A DNA stretch of 61,875 nucleotides, filler included, from Globobulimina sp. (Eukaryota), in NCBI GenBank assembly GCA_003354225.1. It is 19 parts of 19 records of this genome, joined end to end, with 100 filler letters (N's around TTAATTAATTAA, not from the genome) between each part and the next. Parts side by side here need not be neighbours in the genome. Positions count along the whole stretch, not along the records: positions 13,057 to 16,220 come from PIVH01003542.1; positions 16,321 to 19,483 come from PIVH01003543.1; positions 19,584 to 22,746 come from PIVH01003544.1; positions 22,847 to 26,009 come from PIVH01003545.1; positions 26,110 to 29,271 come from PIVH01003546.1; 14 more parts are not named here. One strand, given 5' to 3'. Of the stretch, positions 13,327-26,251 are shown one piece after another; position 1 is the first letter of the stretch; each line of letters begins with the position of its first letter. A model generated the notes under the pieces. That model was given only the letters and a program-made list of their open reading frames with translations, searched no databases and had not been told where the DNA came from. The position numbers and the translations under genes were made by a program.

Positions 13327-14552
13327 TGAATAAGCCGCATTATATTATCAGTCATTTATTAGATGTAAATATGATTATAAATAAGCAGAAAAGGCAAGAG
13401 AAACCGGCGGAATTTGAGCATAAATCGAACAAAGAAGAGGGGAATGCGGACGGTAATGCGTCTGAGCATACATCCGGAACAGAGGAGGTCTGTCCATTGA
13501 TAGCAGTGGAAAACATGGACAAATCATTTATAAAATGGTTAAAAAGCTTCAATGAACAGAATGGAAATCGGCAAATCCGGCATCTGAGTCGGATTAAGAA
13601 GTATTTGCAAGACAAAACGCTACGGATTGATGACCAGGTTAGTATACGCAAGAAATCCTTAAAACATTGGTTTAATACACCGGACGGACATCGGTTCATT
13701 GTGTTGGACCCACACTTTGGCAGTCGATATGTCACCAAATACGAAGATTATACCAATACCGGCAACCATATGAATACGCATACGATCAATACGTTGATTA
13801 CGAATAAGGAGTTATTGAAGAGGATAGAATTCGAATTTAATCATTGTACGGCGTATATATTAAACAATGAGTTTGCGAATAATAATAATGATTTTGTGCG
13901 CTATAATATCCGCGGAGATTGGTTTAGCATTGCTTTTGAATTTAAGCCCGATATTCACGCGTATGGCCCTCGATGGGTCACGCTGATATCGACCGGCAAT
14001 CGACAGATCTATGAATGTAGCCGGGAGAGGGACAACGAGTTGGTTTGTATTTGCAAAACAAATGACTTGATGCGGTTACCCGCGGACACCGTGATCGATT
14101 GTATTAAGACCCATCGGTTGCAGAACAATGAGGAGATTTATCACATATTTGATTGCTGGGTGATTGGCAGCAAGCCGTTGTATAAAAGGAACTTTATTCA
14201 ACGCCAGGAATTTTGTAGAGTGTTGTACCAAGGATACGGCAGTAAATATATTAAATTTGCAGGGGCGATTCCTGCGTTGCAGTCGATTAAAAGAAATTAT
14301 ATTATAAGCAATCATAAGAATATATATTTGTGGTTTATTCGGAATAAGAAATCGACGGAAAATAAAGAGAAGAATAATAGAAAAACTGCGTTGTTGTCGC
14401 AATATTGGAGGCCGTGTGCAGTGAAGTTGTGGAATGGACAAAGTAAGAATTTAATTTCATTTGATAAGTTGTTACAGAATTTGAAATATATTAATCATCA
14501 ACAAATGCAAATAAAAGAACGACAACAACATCATAGTACATTTATAAAATAA
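13327..14552 (+). CDS. CMTR1: Cap1 2'-O-methyltransferase CMTR1, C-terminal part (MTase end + guanylyltransferase-like domain)
   Basis: FIKWLKSFNE..RQIRHLSRIKKYLQDKTL..Q.SIRKKSLKHW matches the end of the CMTR1 MTase region. PADTVIDC..HIFDC..G..L....F..R is capping-enzyme-like. Possible upstream exon via intron 13122..13326. Confidence 0.7.
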
Positions 14553-14645
14553 TTATATAATTTAATTTTATCCTTGCACTCATTTCACGCGTGTCTGAGG
14601 AGTATAGTGTAGAAGAAGAAAATCGATGGACATTTTTACTTTATA

Positions 14646-15839
14646 ATGGAAGCGTCTTTAACATGGGACATTGCGCCAATATTAAAACAACTTCTTTCCA
14701 CAAAATCTGGACAGGAACTTGTTGTGGATAAAATACATATCAATGATTTTAAATTTTTGGTATATGCATACCCAAACGGCCTACACTCGCATACCAAAAA
14801 TGGTTCATTTATGATTGGCGTTCAATTATTTTCATTTATGATCGATTCATTCCATAATATTACTGCTTCGATTTGCATTCAATGCAAAGAATTATTTATT
14901 AAACAAACAGCAATCACGCGATTTAAAGAAGACCAGAAAGGGTATTTGTGGCGGAAGAATACTTTGCATCGGTCTCAACTTAAAAAAATGAAATTAAATT
15001 CCTGTATTTTTCATATATCTGTAAAAATACTCAAAATCGAACCAGATAAAGTACAAAACCCATTAAACACATCATTGACATCAAAAGATAGACCATCAGT
15101 ACCCGATGATATACATTTCGAGACCATACAAAATAACGCTTATTTATTATATAAAAAACAAAAAATTACCTGGAATATCTGCAAAAATATGATGAAAATG
15201 ATGAAAAAAGGTAATGAAGAAAGATATTTCGAAAGTGCGCCCTCCTTAGATGGTATATGGTGCATTGATTATAATCCAAACCACGGATTTATGGGAATAA
15301 GATTATGTTCAATGCCGTCAGATGTCGATGTTTTAACGGCACAGTATTCACTCGAATGCCATGAATTAGGATATCACACTTCATCACAAAAAGAATTTGA
15401 TGCTACGTTGCAAAGCCACCACTGTCTGTATAATTTAGCGCAACTTAAAAATTCAAAACATTCAAACAAAGATATTACAATTACTGCAGAGATTGATATT
15501 GTCCATGTCTTGTATTCGTATACGGCGATCGCGATTGATTTATTTAGCAAATCATGGAAGGGCGCCATTGTTAATTTGAAACGTACAAAAATTATTTTAT
15601 ACGGATTTATAAAGCAACATCATTCAACAAACATTTGCAATCCATTATTTATAAATATTTCAGATGATATTCGCTCGATTTGTTTGCAATATATTGGCAA
15701 TGATTATGCTTTTTTAGTCAATGCGGGACAATTTAAATGGACTATCGATGATAGCAAATTATTACAACGACTGATGGTCGCAGCAAATGGATTTAGCATT
15801 GAAAGCGAGACCTTCATTATAAATCATTTCCATTGGTGG
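14646..15839 (+). CDS. Protein with repeated MATH/TRAF-like beta domains, interrupted at a microsatellite
   Basis: LTWDI..FKFLVYAYPNG..G.FMIGVQL; repeated xxWxI..FES..W.I segments. The frame runs into (GCGGT)n. Confidence 0.5.
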
Positions 15840-15845
15840 GTGGGG

Positions 15846-15902
15846 GTGCGGTGCGGTGCGGTGCGGTGCGGTGCGGTGCGGTGCGGTGCGGTGCGGTGCG
15901 GT
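15846..15902 (+). repeat. (GCGGT)n microsatellite, ~11 copies
   Basis: Read directly; GC-rich against an AT-rich background. Confidence 0.97.
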
Positions 15903-16320
15903 GTGGGTGTGTCAGGCACGAGCACGAAGTGCGAGTCTCCTTCGGATCACAAAAACGAGTGAAAAGATGTTTAATAAAATTAATTATCATTTATTTCATT
16001 CATGTTTTTATCGCAGTTTAATTTCAAAATATTGATGAAATATTGATAAATCCACAATTTTCTCCGAGAATGAACCATCTGGCGGTGCAATTTGAAATTA
16101 TAATTATTTTTGTTGCCTCCAAATCCATAATCTTTTACAAAAAATGCATTGGTTTCCAGTTCTTTTCTTGCTTTGTTTAATATCCAATAACATCGACGAA
16201 GATGTTCGTGGTGGATTCCCNNNNNNNNNNNNNNNNNNNNNNNNNNNNNNNNNNNNNNNNNNNNTTAATTAATTAANNNNNNNNNNNNNNNNNNNNNNNN
16301 NNNNNNNNNNNNNNNNNNNN

Positions 16321-16863
16321 CATTTTTGGAGTACATATATAAAAATTAGCAGTACATCCAAGAGAAAATAAGAAAACAATATTATTTTCATCTAAACCAT
16401 CGACATGTTTTGCAAGTTTACCATTGATGGATGAATATTTTCTCGCTGACACCAATCCCAATTTATATAGTTCCATATTAAGATGTTGATATTTACGATT
16501 TCGTTCCATAATATCTGTTGCTTTCTGCACAACTTCTAAAAACATTGACTGTTTATAGTCTGCTTCTTCAGCATTTGTTTTGTGCACTAATATATCCGTT
16601 TTGTGTCGAACAATGTTGGCTGGCACATATTTATTTATTCTAACTTGAATTGCTTTATGTTCGTTTTCGATTTCTGTAAATAATTCAATTTGTTCATGAA
16701 GATTCAATACATTTCGCATTAATATACAATTATGTTGAAACTCTTCAATTATTATCCCTGTTTCATTAAAATTAACATCCACGCTAATATTGATTGAATG
16801 GTTAACAAAATATATCGCAGCGTTTATCGTTTTCAACAAACGATTTTGCTGTTCAGTCATCAT
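16321..16863 (-). CDS. 2OG-Fe(II) dioxygenase, AlkB-like, 3'-partial
   Basis: ARKYSSINGKLAKHVD (HxD) followed by IVFLFSLGCTANF. Confidence 0.65.
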
Positions 16864-17030
16864 CAAAGTGTACACTTTAAACGACAACAATTTCAATAAC
16901 AAACTTTAATACTTGAATAACAACATAAATCAATACAATACAAATCACTAAAAAAAAAATTAAAACTTAATTAAACTAGTTACTGTACATATCATTGTTA
17001 AAAACTGCAGATGAAACAGAAATATCCTGT

Positions 17031-17604
17031 TCAAACATGATCATTATTTTTCCTACAAATACAATCAACACAAATCTGACATAATTTGCATTTTCCGGCC
17101 TTCCTATATTCCCTTTCCACATTCACCCAATATTTACTCATTGAATCCTCTGACAACACCACAGAATTTGAATTTTCATTGGAACCATACTCCGCTGCGC
17201 CACCATTAGCTGTCAAAGATGTTATATCTGTATCTAAAGAATCAACAGATTCCATAAATGCCGATCTCCCATCACTTGTGCTCTCTTCTTCAAATTCATC
17301 CAATTCATTAGGACTCGTATTGTAATAAATTAATTTTTTCCTACTAATCTGATAATTTTGCGAAGAGTTATTATCCTGAAACGCAAATGATATTCTTTGC
17401 TGATTATGCATTTGCTGCCATTTGCATTCCAAACAAGACTCAATGATTACGACCATCAAATTACAAATCAAGAAGAAAATAGATAATAATGCTGACCATG
17501 CAAATGTAGACATAGCTGCATCATCGGAATGGACCGTAACTGCAGATATTGTCTGTAATATTAACTCAATTACAATACGCGGCAATACATATTTCATCTC
17601 TACA
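17031..17604 (-). pseudogene. 3' remnant of a multi-pass membrane gene cut by a hAT insertion
   Basis: Two TM helices plus an acidic/Cys-rich tail. Upstream of 17604 the frame runs into transposon terminal sequence. Confidence 0.55.
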
Positions 17605-19203
17605 CAGAGCCCACTTCCCGAGATGTTTTTTACGTTTTTCAAGTTCCCGGGAAGATTGCGATGTTTTCCCGGGAAGTTCCCGGGAAGTTTTGACTCATTT
17701 ACTTCACCTAAAACTTTTAAACTTTTTTCAACTTTTTCAACTTTTTTATAATGTCAGCCTCTAAAACGAAAACGCGGAGAATGTCTGGATTAGCCACCGA
17801 TGTTCATAACGAATACAGCAAAGTATGGCACGATGAAAAGGGAAATATGTTAGGTGATTCGAGAAGAAAATGCAATGGATGTAATAAAGAATTAATAAAT
17901 CATTAATAAATGTAATAAAAATAATAATTATGATGATTTAGGTACATTGATTAAGCCATCAGATGTCGCAAATTCGTGCAATTGGCGAAGTGGCATGCGA
18001 CCAGAAGCGGTGCCTAGTAATGATGAGCAGATTGTTGCTGAGATGCAACGTTTAAATGATAAGAATGCGATGGTATCAGAATTGAATGAGAATTATGCAG
18101 TTATTCAAGATGAAGCATATGATAAACGAAAAATTATGTCGTATTTAAACAAACCGATGCCACCACAAACAAAGCAAGAAGAGAAGCTATCGAATGAATA
18201 TTCCACTGAGTGGTTTACTGTTTGTGGTGTGTCATTCGCGCAATTCGAGCATCCGTTATTTATTCGGGCAGTTAGGTCCTTGCGGCCATCATATTTACCG
18301 CCCGCAGCATTGACAGCAACAACGACGTATATTGATATTTTAGTAAAAAAGGATGACATCGCATTGCGACATGAATTGGATGGGAAGATGTTGCAAATTA
18401 TGGCAGATGGCTCAAATGATGGCGGTAAGCATCCTCTCGTTCATATAACAGCTGTGTGTGATATTGGTGCGCGATTACTTGCAATTATTCACCATGAAGC
18501 AGGTAAAAAATTAGTCGCCGATGTGATGATTGAAGATTAAAAAAAAACGAAATCCGCGATGTGTAAAAATGGCGTCGATATTAGCTATGGATGTTACATT
18601 CATGACAATGAGAATACGGAGAAATTAATCGGTAAGAAATTTGTGCGGGAATTCAACAGTGAACAGGTCGGCTGCGGTCCCCATGGTTTAAATAAATTAT
18701 GTGATTATATATTTCAGTGCGATGAATATAGAGATATTTATGTGAAGGCAAATGCCGTTAAGTTATATCATTTTAGTTTGGTAAAAGGCATACATTGCGA
18801 TAGAAACTGAATTATTGTTTCAGTTTGAAACTGTATCATTGCCCTAGTTTCAAACTGAATTATTGTTTCAATGTAAAACTGTTTCATCGGATCAGATTCA
18901 AACTGAATTAATTTTGTTGTATACATAATTATGCTGCAATCCACCATAAATAATTTGGCATTTGGCCATTATATAAAACCATAACAAAAACAAAAATTAA
19001 ATATAATATATTTGGCACTCTCACTAATTATAAAAACAAAAATAAAAATTAAATATAACATATTTTGCACTCACACAGTTGGTGAAGAAAATAAATAAAG
19101 GTAAAATATTTGAGATATTGGAGGAAATGATAAAACGAACGCTGGGTAACCTCCCCCTGGTAAGAGGGTGCACGTGTGAAACTCTAGCATCTACTTTCAT
19201 ATA
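17605..19203 (+). mobile_element. Decayed hAT DNA transposon: left end plus transposase pseudogene (17751..~18770)
   Basis: CAG start with subterminal TTCCCGGGAA palindromes; ATG 17751; intron 17881..17941; CGVSF..FEHPLF..LRPSY.PP; IMADG (first catalytic D); YIHDN (second D); GCGPHGLN (CxxH); in-frame TAA at 18538..18540. Confidence 0.8.
18804..18910 (+). repeat. 48-bp tandem repeat (AAACTGAATTATTGTTTCA...) x~2.2, probably intronic in the hAT gene
   Basis: Units start at 18804, 18852 and 18900. Confidence 0.8.
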
Positions 19204-19258
19204 GTCATACATAGACGAATATAAACAACTCGAGTAACTAAGTCACTAACTAAGTAGT

Positions 19259-19483
19259 CATAAAATTTCTATGTACGGATATATGTAGTCATGTGATCAT
19301 ATATATATATATGATCAAAAATTCTATGTACACATATATGTAGTCGTGTGATCATATATATATAGATATGATCAAAATTTCTATGTACGGATGTATATGC
19401 AGTCATATGTGCGGAATATGATCATATATATGATCAAAATTTCTATGTACACATATATGTAGTCATGTGATCATATCATAAAT
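19259..19483 (+). repeat. 55-61 bp tandem repeat with palindromic TGATCA(TA)nTGATCA cores
   Basis: AAAA(T/A)TTCTATGTAC starts at about 19262, 19317, 19375 and 19436. Confidence 0.9.
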
Positions 19484-19583
19484 NNNNNNNNNNNNNNNNN
19501 NNNNNNNNNNNNNNNNNNNNNNNNNNNTTAATTAATTAANNNNNNNNNNNNNNNNNNNNNNNNNNNNNNNNNNNNNNNNNNNN

Positions 19584-20000
19584 CGCAACACTTCTACAGC
19601 CATAGTAATATGTTCCATGATATTTTTCAACATATTGCCGGAGCAATGCTGTTTTGCCAACGCCTGGATCGCCGATAAGTAATAATTTGAATAAATAATC
19701 ATATTTACACTCCGGTGGTTGTGGTTTTATTTCTTTTGGTTGTGGTTTACTTCGTTTTTGATAATATTGCTCAGGATTCAATAATTTGGCTTTATTTTCT
19801 TCTTCAAATATAGTTTGATATGTAAATGTTTCTATAATTAAATTAATAATGTCAATTGATAATTTATCATGTAAATCTTTGTCAGTTTGGCGGATCCAAT
19901 ATGCGATGATTCGAAGCATTTGAGAACGCACATTCATTGAAGGCAATTTGCATGCGTCAACCTGATCATTTGGACTTTTGTTGAACAGATAATTTCCCAT
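19584..20000 (-). CDS. Rab-like GTPase with ~95-aa N-terminal extension, 3'-partial
   Basis: YDYLFKLLLIGDPGVGKT (Rab1/8-type G1 region) after an extension starting MGN. Confidence 0.75.
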
Positions 20001-20053
20001 TCTAACAAAAGTTATAATACTAGTTCACTAAAAAAACTTACTTTATTCTATTA

Positions 20054-21583
20054 ATGCATCTGTCAAAGCTGTGTTGTGCACTCGCTGTGCTGTCAACGAT
20101 TGTATTTTTGTTGACCACTATGTATATTGATATTAACCAGATAAGATCCATTACAGTCGTAGTGCCACAAGATAGGAAAAACAACAAACAAACGTCGTCT
20201 GCAGTTTCCAAAACAGTATTTTCCAGAGATGATACAAAATCATTCAGCATTCCATACACTCACAACAACGCAGATTTGGTTATTTACGTTAATCACATGA
20301 TCGTAAACAGCAACAGCAATCAATCACTATTTATTTCAAACATACACATAGCTCAATTAATGAATGTCATGTTTTATAATGAAGAAAAAATCGAATTTTT
20401 GTTTGCTGTTCGAGCTCAGTACAAAGATGCGGTGATACAATCTCTGTTATTGTGTGCTGTATACAGTTTAGATTCAGTCAACTCTCAGTCAATGGGCCAC
20501 ATTGTATGTCCGCCATCGATGAATCCAAACAAGCGATGGGCCGCATATCAAATTCAGTGTTTCTGCATTCTGAATGATGGAAATATATATTCTGCCAATG
20601 CCAATTATGAATTCCATCTACTTACAAAGTTAGAAAATAATCAAACGATAAAAGCATTGATCCCAAAGAGATATCATTCATTGAGTAAGCATACCTTTTT
20701 ATCATTGTGCTGTGAGACAATAATTCACGATGCAAAAACAGGGCAGGGACCACCTCCCAACACGTTGACGTATCAATGGATTGAATATTATGTTAACCAA
20801 AACGTGGAAAATATCTATATTTATGATTTGGGAACAAATGTTTCACACTTTACAAACAATGAATTATCGGCAAGAAACATAAATATATATTCCAATATTT
20901 CCGTGGATACTGTCAATATCTTTATCTTTCATATGGAAACTTTTGAGATATTATTGGGATATCCTCGGGACAAAGAAATTTATAATAGATATCAGACGCT
21001 TATTTTAAATGACTGTCACCTTATAAACAAACATACGTCGAAATGGTTACTGTTTCAAGATTTAGATGAATACACAGCAGTAAATTACAGCAAATATAAC
21101 AATATCAAGCAATATCTAATGGAAAACAACTTTGATAAAGTAACGGAAATCAGATTGGCGAATTTTGTCATTCAAACGGATTTTTGTGCTAAATATGATT
21201 ATTTATGTAACGAAATAAATTATCATCAGTCTAACCATTTGAACAATTTTTTGGATCATGTTCGCTTTATTCATGATGATAGAATCAGACATTTGAAATA
21301 CATCTCGAAGCCGAAACATATTGAAACTGCTCTGGCGCACATATCAGTTGCTGAGAATCATGAGATAACAAAGTCAATCAACTCATATCCATCAGACATT
21401 GTGTATTATCATTATCGACAACTTTGGTTTAAGCAAACATGCAGGAATATTGTTGACAATTCAATCAAAAATGCAGTTAATGAGAATATTCATATTGCAC
21501 AATATATGATACATACTCTTCAAGCAAAGTATACGGTAAAATGGAATCAATCAAATGTATCTAAAAACTGTGCCAAATATTAA
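20054..21583 (+). CDS. Type II membrane glycosyltransferase, GT92/DUF23-like
   Basis: N-terminal anchor; QWIEYY..VENIYIYD; Q...LNDC...SKWLLFQDLDEY (DxD). Confidence 0.75.
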   Translation: MHLSKLCCALAVLSTIVFLLTTMYIDINQIRSITVVVPQDRKNNKQTSSAVSKTVFSRDDTKSFSIPYTHNNADLVIYVNHMIVNSNSNQSLFISNIHIAQLMNVMFYNEEKIEFLFAVRAQYKDAVIQSLLLCAVYSLDSVNSQSMGHIVCPPSMNPNKRWAAYQIQCFCILNDGNIYSANANYEFHLLTKLENNQTIKALIPKRYHSLSKHTFLSLCCETIIHDAKTGQGPPPNTLTYQWIEYYVNQNVENIYIYDLGTNVSHFTNNELSARNINIYSNISVDTVNIFIFHMETFEILLGYPRDKEIYNRYQTLILNDCHLINKHTSKWLLFQDLDEYTAVNYSKYNNIKQYLMENNFDKVTEIRLANFVIQTDFCAKYDYLCNEINYHQSNHLNNFLDHVRFIHDDRIRHLKYISKPKHIETALAHISVAENHEITKSINSYPSDIVYYHYRQLWFKQTCRNIVDNSIKNAVNENIHIAQYMIHTLQAKYTVKWNQSNVSKNCAKY

Positions 21584-21685
21584 TGACTAACAACATATAC
21601 ACCGCGTGTTTGAACAATTTGAAATTTTATGAAGATTTACATGCAGTGCAAGGATAACGTATACAATTTCAAAAGAATAAATTCA

Positions 21686-22746
21686 TTATTTTTGTATTGT
21701 AGAAGTCTTTGTAGTACACGTTTCAATGCTTAATTCTATCATGATTGAATGTTGATTTTTGAGGGAAGCATCACGTGTTTCAAACATAGTATGATCATCT
21801 TTTATAATATCATCAATCTTTTTTTCTGATTTGCTTTCGTCTGAATATAATGTAATTTCTTCCGTGACCACTGATTTGAAACAACAGCAACAAATAGAAA
21901 TCAATTTCATATTATATAATAAGTTGAGAAATTGATGATATTCTGAAGTATTATGTTGCTGTTTTAAAAACATTGCATAATTCATGTTAATTACCAACAC
22001 TCCCATACATATCCAAAATATAATCCTGGCAAAACTCTCATCATTGCCTAATAATCTGAGAAACAAAAAAAAACCAAAACAGAATAATGCAACCATTTCA
22101 TAGAGAAGAGTTAAAATTACTATTCGATTTAATATCGACATTATCCGATTATAAACAGAAATTTGTTCAGATTTATATTTTCTGAATGATATTACTTTAA
22201 ATATATACAAACATAAAGTAGTTAAATCTAAAGATATCCAAATAACCATAATGATCGTCATGAAAAGGGCAGAGATTGGACTATATTGAGAATCTGAATG
22301 CCTCTCAACATACTCATATTGAAATTGTTTATGAATGCCACAAGTAACAGGTATTCGAATCATAAACGAACAATAAACAATTATGGAAAGCATGGTTAAC
22401 ACTGCTATTAAAGCAAGTGTTATAAATAGCCAATTTGGATAGCCTTTGGTGTGATAAACCTGCGTATTGGCAAAGCAATAATGCAATCGTGCGACTTGAT
22501 AAATGCCTATACCCAAACCAGCACAATAGAAACAAGCCATAGTTACTTGATATGCAAAATAACAAAATCCATTGAAATGCATTACAAATACAAAAAATCC
22601 AAACAATGTACCAAAAAGGAAACATAATAATGATGATACTTGGGATACTTTGGAGGTAAATATGATTTTCTTAGATTTCCTTTTTTTCCATTCTTTTTTC
22701 AAGATTGCAAAGTTTATTATGAACACAATTAAACCAACCACGCCAT
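21686..22746 (-). CDS. 7-TM (GPCR-like) membrane protein, 5'-partial
   Basis: About 7 TM segments and a CCCC juxtamembrane motif. Confidence 0.65.
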
Positions 22747-23160
22747 NNNNNNNNNNNNNNNNNNNNNNNNNNNNNNNNNNNNNNNNNNNNTTAATTAATT
22801 AANNNNNNNNNNNNNNNNNNNNNNNNNNNNNNNNNNNNNNNNNNNNGACATTGTTGCGTCTCAAACCCATCACATTCAATTTGCTCGTGACCAGGAACAC
22901 GTTTTGAGATGGCAAGTGATGTACATAATACAATCCACAGTAACAACCCCATTACTGCTTAGACTGTGTCTAACTATAAACGATGCTAATAAAACACAAC
23001 CTCAGTTAACGTTGTATATAAGAATAAGATTTTCTCATTTCTAAGAGTACTCAAAAAAAACAAAAAGATATTCTTACTCCTCAAATCTCAATCGACACTC
23101 CAAACTATTCAAAATACTCGACACTGATTAAACCTTAAGGGATTATAATTGTCATTAACT

Positions 23161-25267
23161 ATGTTAGCAATACTAGCCACAAGTTGCGTAAATACACTAA
23201 ATTCATGTTCTATCGTTGCACGCAACTCCGTTTTATTCATAAATTATTCTCAAAATTAATAATAAATAAACATAAACAGTACTTATTGCAGTGTCAGCAA
23301 AACCAAATGGAGACACACACACTTGTGCTCAAACCGAACAACCTGATACTTTATCTGCAGAATTACAGACTTGGGATGGTCAAACAAAAGAATCATTTTA
23401 TATCTTTCCAGATTATCCACAAAATGCTGTATTAAGAATTACAAATTTTGGTAATTGTCGTTGTGGCAAACAAGATGTAAAAATTTTTAATGGAAAGAGA
23501 ATTGATAATGAAACCATGGCCATCGATGTTGATTGGGTATGTTAATTATAATAATTTTTTATTTTAGAATTTTCTGTTAATTTCTTATCTTCAAAACGAG
23601 ATAAGTTATCTTAATTTTATTACTCATCAAAAAAATAATTAATAAAATAAAAACAGATTACCATTGAGAAATTTGATTTTGATGAAATTTTATTTTCGGT
23701 TCATCCAACCAAGGCTCGATATGATGAGCTTTTTACATTTGGTATAAATCAAAGAAAATTTACATTTGGTATAACATTCAACAATGGCACAATATTTGAC
23801 ATTTATGTTACATTTAAAAAACCAGCAGGTTATGTGGATTGGGCTGATGATGAAGCATTAAGAGTAACCACTAATGCTACAGATGGAGTTGATTGGGCTA
23901 CATTTAAAGTGCATTGTCCAACAAGAAACTGTGGTGAATTTTCATTATCTGCAAGAACTAAAGACAAAATAGACCCAGTTACTGCTACAATTGCTGCCTA
24001 TAAGGATGAAGATGCAGATGTTAAGATTGTATGTGGTGGTGGTGATGCAATCGCATGTGATGTAAGCTATAAATTAAATGGGAAAGAATATTTTATTCAA
24101 CACGCTGCTGAACGGTGGATAAGATATGGTTATTATGCAATTGCACCAATTCGATGGACACAATCAGAGAATACTTATTACCGAAATCCAACCGGTGATG
24201 TAGTACGTTATACACATTATGAAAATAAGATTGAGTCTCAATCAATGATAATTCATCCAAATTATTGGCATGTTTTACAATATCAAGTATTAGGTGCAAG
24301 ATTAGATAAAATGAGTGAAATTAAAGTCGTACATTATTGGAGATATCTTAATGATGCCACAGTGAAACCAGATTGGGTAGAAAGTAAACAATTTGATGAG
24401 TTGACAAATGTACAAAAAGGTAAAATATTTGGTGGTTTAAAATGTGGTGGAAAAGAAAGTGAAAATGAATGTTCTGGCAAAATATCAAAGAAGCTCATTA
24501 AATATAAGATTAATAATAATGATGAAACTGAAACTGAAACTTTCGAAATTAAAGTAGTTAGAGGTAGTATTATTTTACAAGCAACATTTGCAACAGATAA
24601 AGGTGAACAAAAGGTTGAATCAAATATGTTATATACCGTTGATTATGACAAAAACCTTGTTTTTATAGTACAAAAACCATTGGGCGGTCAAAAATTTTAT
24701 GGCTCACAATTATGGCCAACAATTACTCATTCAAATGAATACAAATATGGTACCAATCAAGAATTTGTTGATACAAATAATATTGTGATGTTTCCAGCAG
24801 TTCAAGGGATGCCATTTTCATTTCAAATACAATGTATCAAAGAATGTGAACCAACACAAAATTGGATTTCAAATGTAAGAAATGGTGACACCGAATCACA
24901 ATTTAATGATCAGGGAGCTAGTGTTGAAAGTAAATTTGCTGAATTAAATACTGAATATGGTTTTTATGCATTAAGAAACATTGAATATAATGCCAAACAG
25001 CCTGTAAATAAACCTCTCAGAATGGTTAAAACAATACAAATTAATGCAAATCCATGGGATGCACATAAAGAATTAACATTTGTTATGTTACATCAAAATG
25101 GAAAGGAAATTGTTAGTTTTACTGTAACAGTGGAAGAGTGGTATGGCGAAGTTAAATTCTGGGCTGGATTATTCACATTAGCTGCTATTATAATTGCACA
25201 AATATTATCATGCGTTTATATGGCTAACAAAAATGCAAAAGACAAATTAAAAGAAACTTCAAAATGA
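23161..25267 (+). CDS. Uncharacterised type I membrane protein (3 exons)
   Basis: Signal peptide MLAILATILIAVSA rebuilt across intron 23183..23279; second intron 23537..23656 is in frame; C-terminal TM. Confidence 0.7.
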
Positions 25268-25715
25268 TTTTTAAATTAATTTTACTATTTATTATTATTT
25301 AATACCTAGTTTTAGTTCATTCAATCTTGTTTTAATTTAATTGATTTAATTTGACCCCATTCACAAAACCTAGGAGGACGAGTCCCTGAAATATTCTGAT
25401 TGACGATTAATATCTCCATTTTCAGTCATAAAATCATAACTTTTATCAAAATATTTATTCATTAAAACAAAACAGATTGGTTAAAAACTATTGCCTCCCA
25501 AACTAAGATTATTGGTGTTCCTTCCTGATGCATGATTGATGAATGCATTATTCTTAGAATAAAAAACAAAAATCAACAAAAAACTTGACACTTTTTCACT
25601 TTTCATTGTACAACAAAAACAGCAAACCTCTGAAACACCCTTAATCAAAACCGATTTTTTAAGGTAGAAAATATAAATTTAATATATATCATATAATAAA
25701 AATATTATACATAGA

Positions 25716-26009
25716 ATGAATACGTTTTTAACCTGGAGTTTATCAATATATTTAATCGTAGCTGATCCACAAATGACTGTATTTTCCAGATACTCAATTA
25801 GCACATCGCAACAGTCTTCAATTAACAGTATGGTGACCTCATTAAATAATTACGGTACTGCTTTAGTATGGGACGGATTATGGACCTCTGATGAAAGCAC
25901 TTTAATTACCCGCGTAAATAGTGGCGATTATCAGGTTTTATTAGCATTGAATCCAGACAACGGTAACCCTATTTGGTCCACTTTTACCCAAACGGCACTT
26001 GAAATCGTA
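25716..26009 (+). CDS. Secreted protein N-terminus, partial
   Basis: Signal-peptide-like start; frame open to the contig end. Confidence 0.5.
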
Positions 26010-26251
26010 NNNNNNNNNNNNNNNNNNNNNNNNNNNNNNNNNNNNNNNNNNNNTTAATTAATTAANNNNNNNNNNNNNNNNNNNNNNNNNNNNNNNNNNN
26101 NNNNNNNNNTTGCTAGACTGTAACATTTGTATTGTCATATGATTAAATTTGGGCTCACTGTCAGGGCTGCAAACCAATGCTAAACTAGTGTTTCAGCGTC
26201 AGAACATTACGTACTAATTTTTTAAACAAAAACTTTGCGTTCATTTTTGCA

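Noticed and set aside
15833-16021. CGAVR-repeat peptide (and the MRCDA repeats at ~53670..53700)
   Set aside because: Translations of pentanucleotide microsatellites.
319-16863. KDZ transposon carrying a TET/JBP-like dioxygenase
   Set aside because: The dioxygenase is on another contig and looks AlkB-like.
18538-18540. TAA reassignment (ciliate-type code) or readthrough
   Set aside because: A single in-frame stop in a decayed transposase. Host genes end normally at TAA, TAG or TGA and have long stop-free frames.
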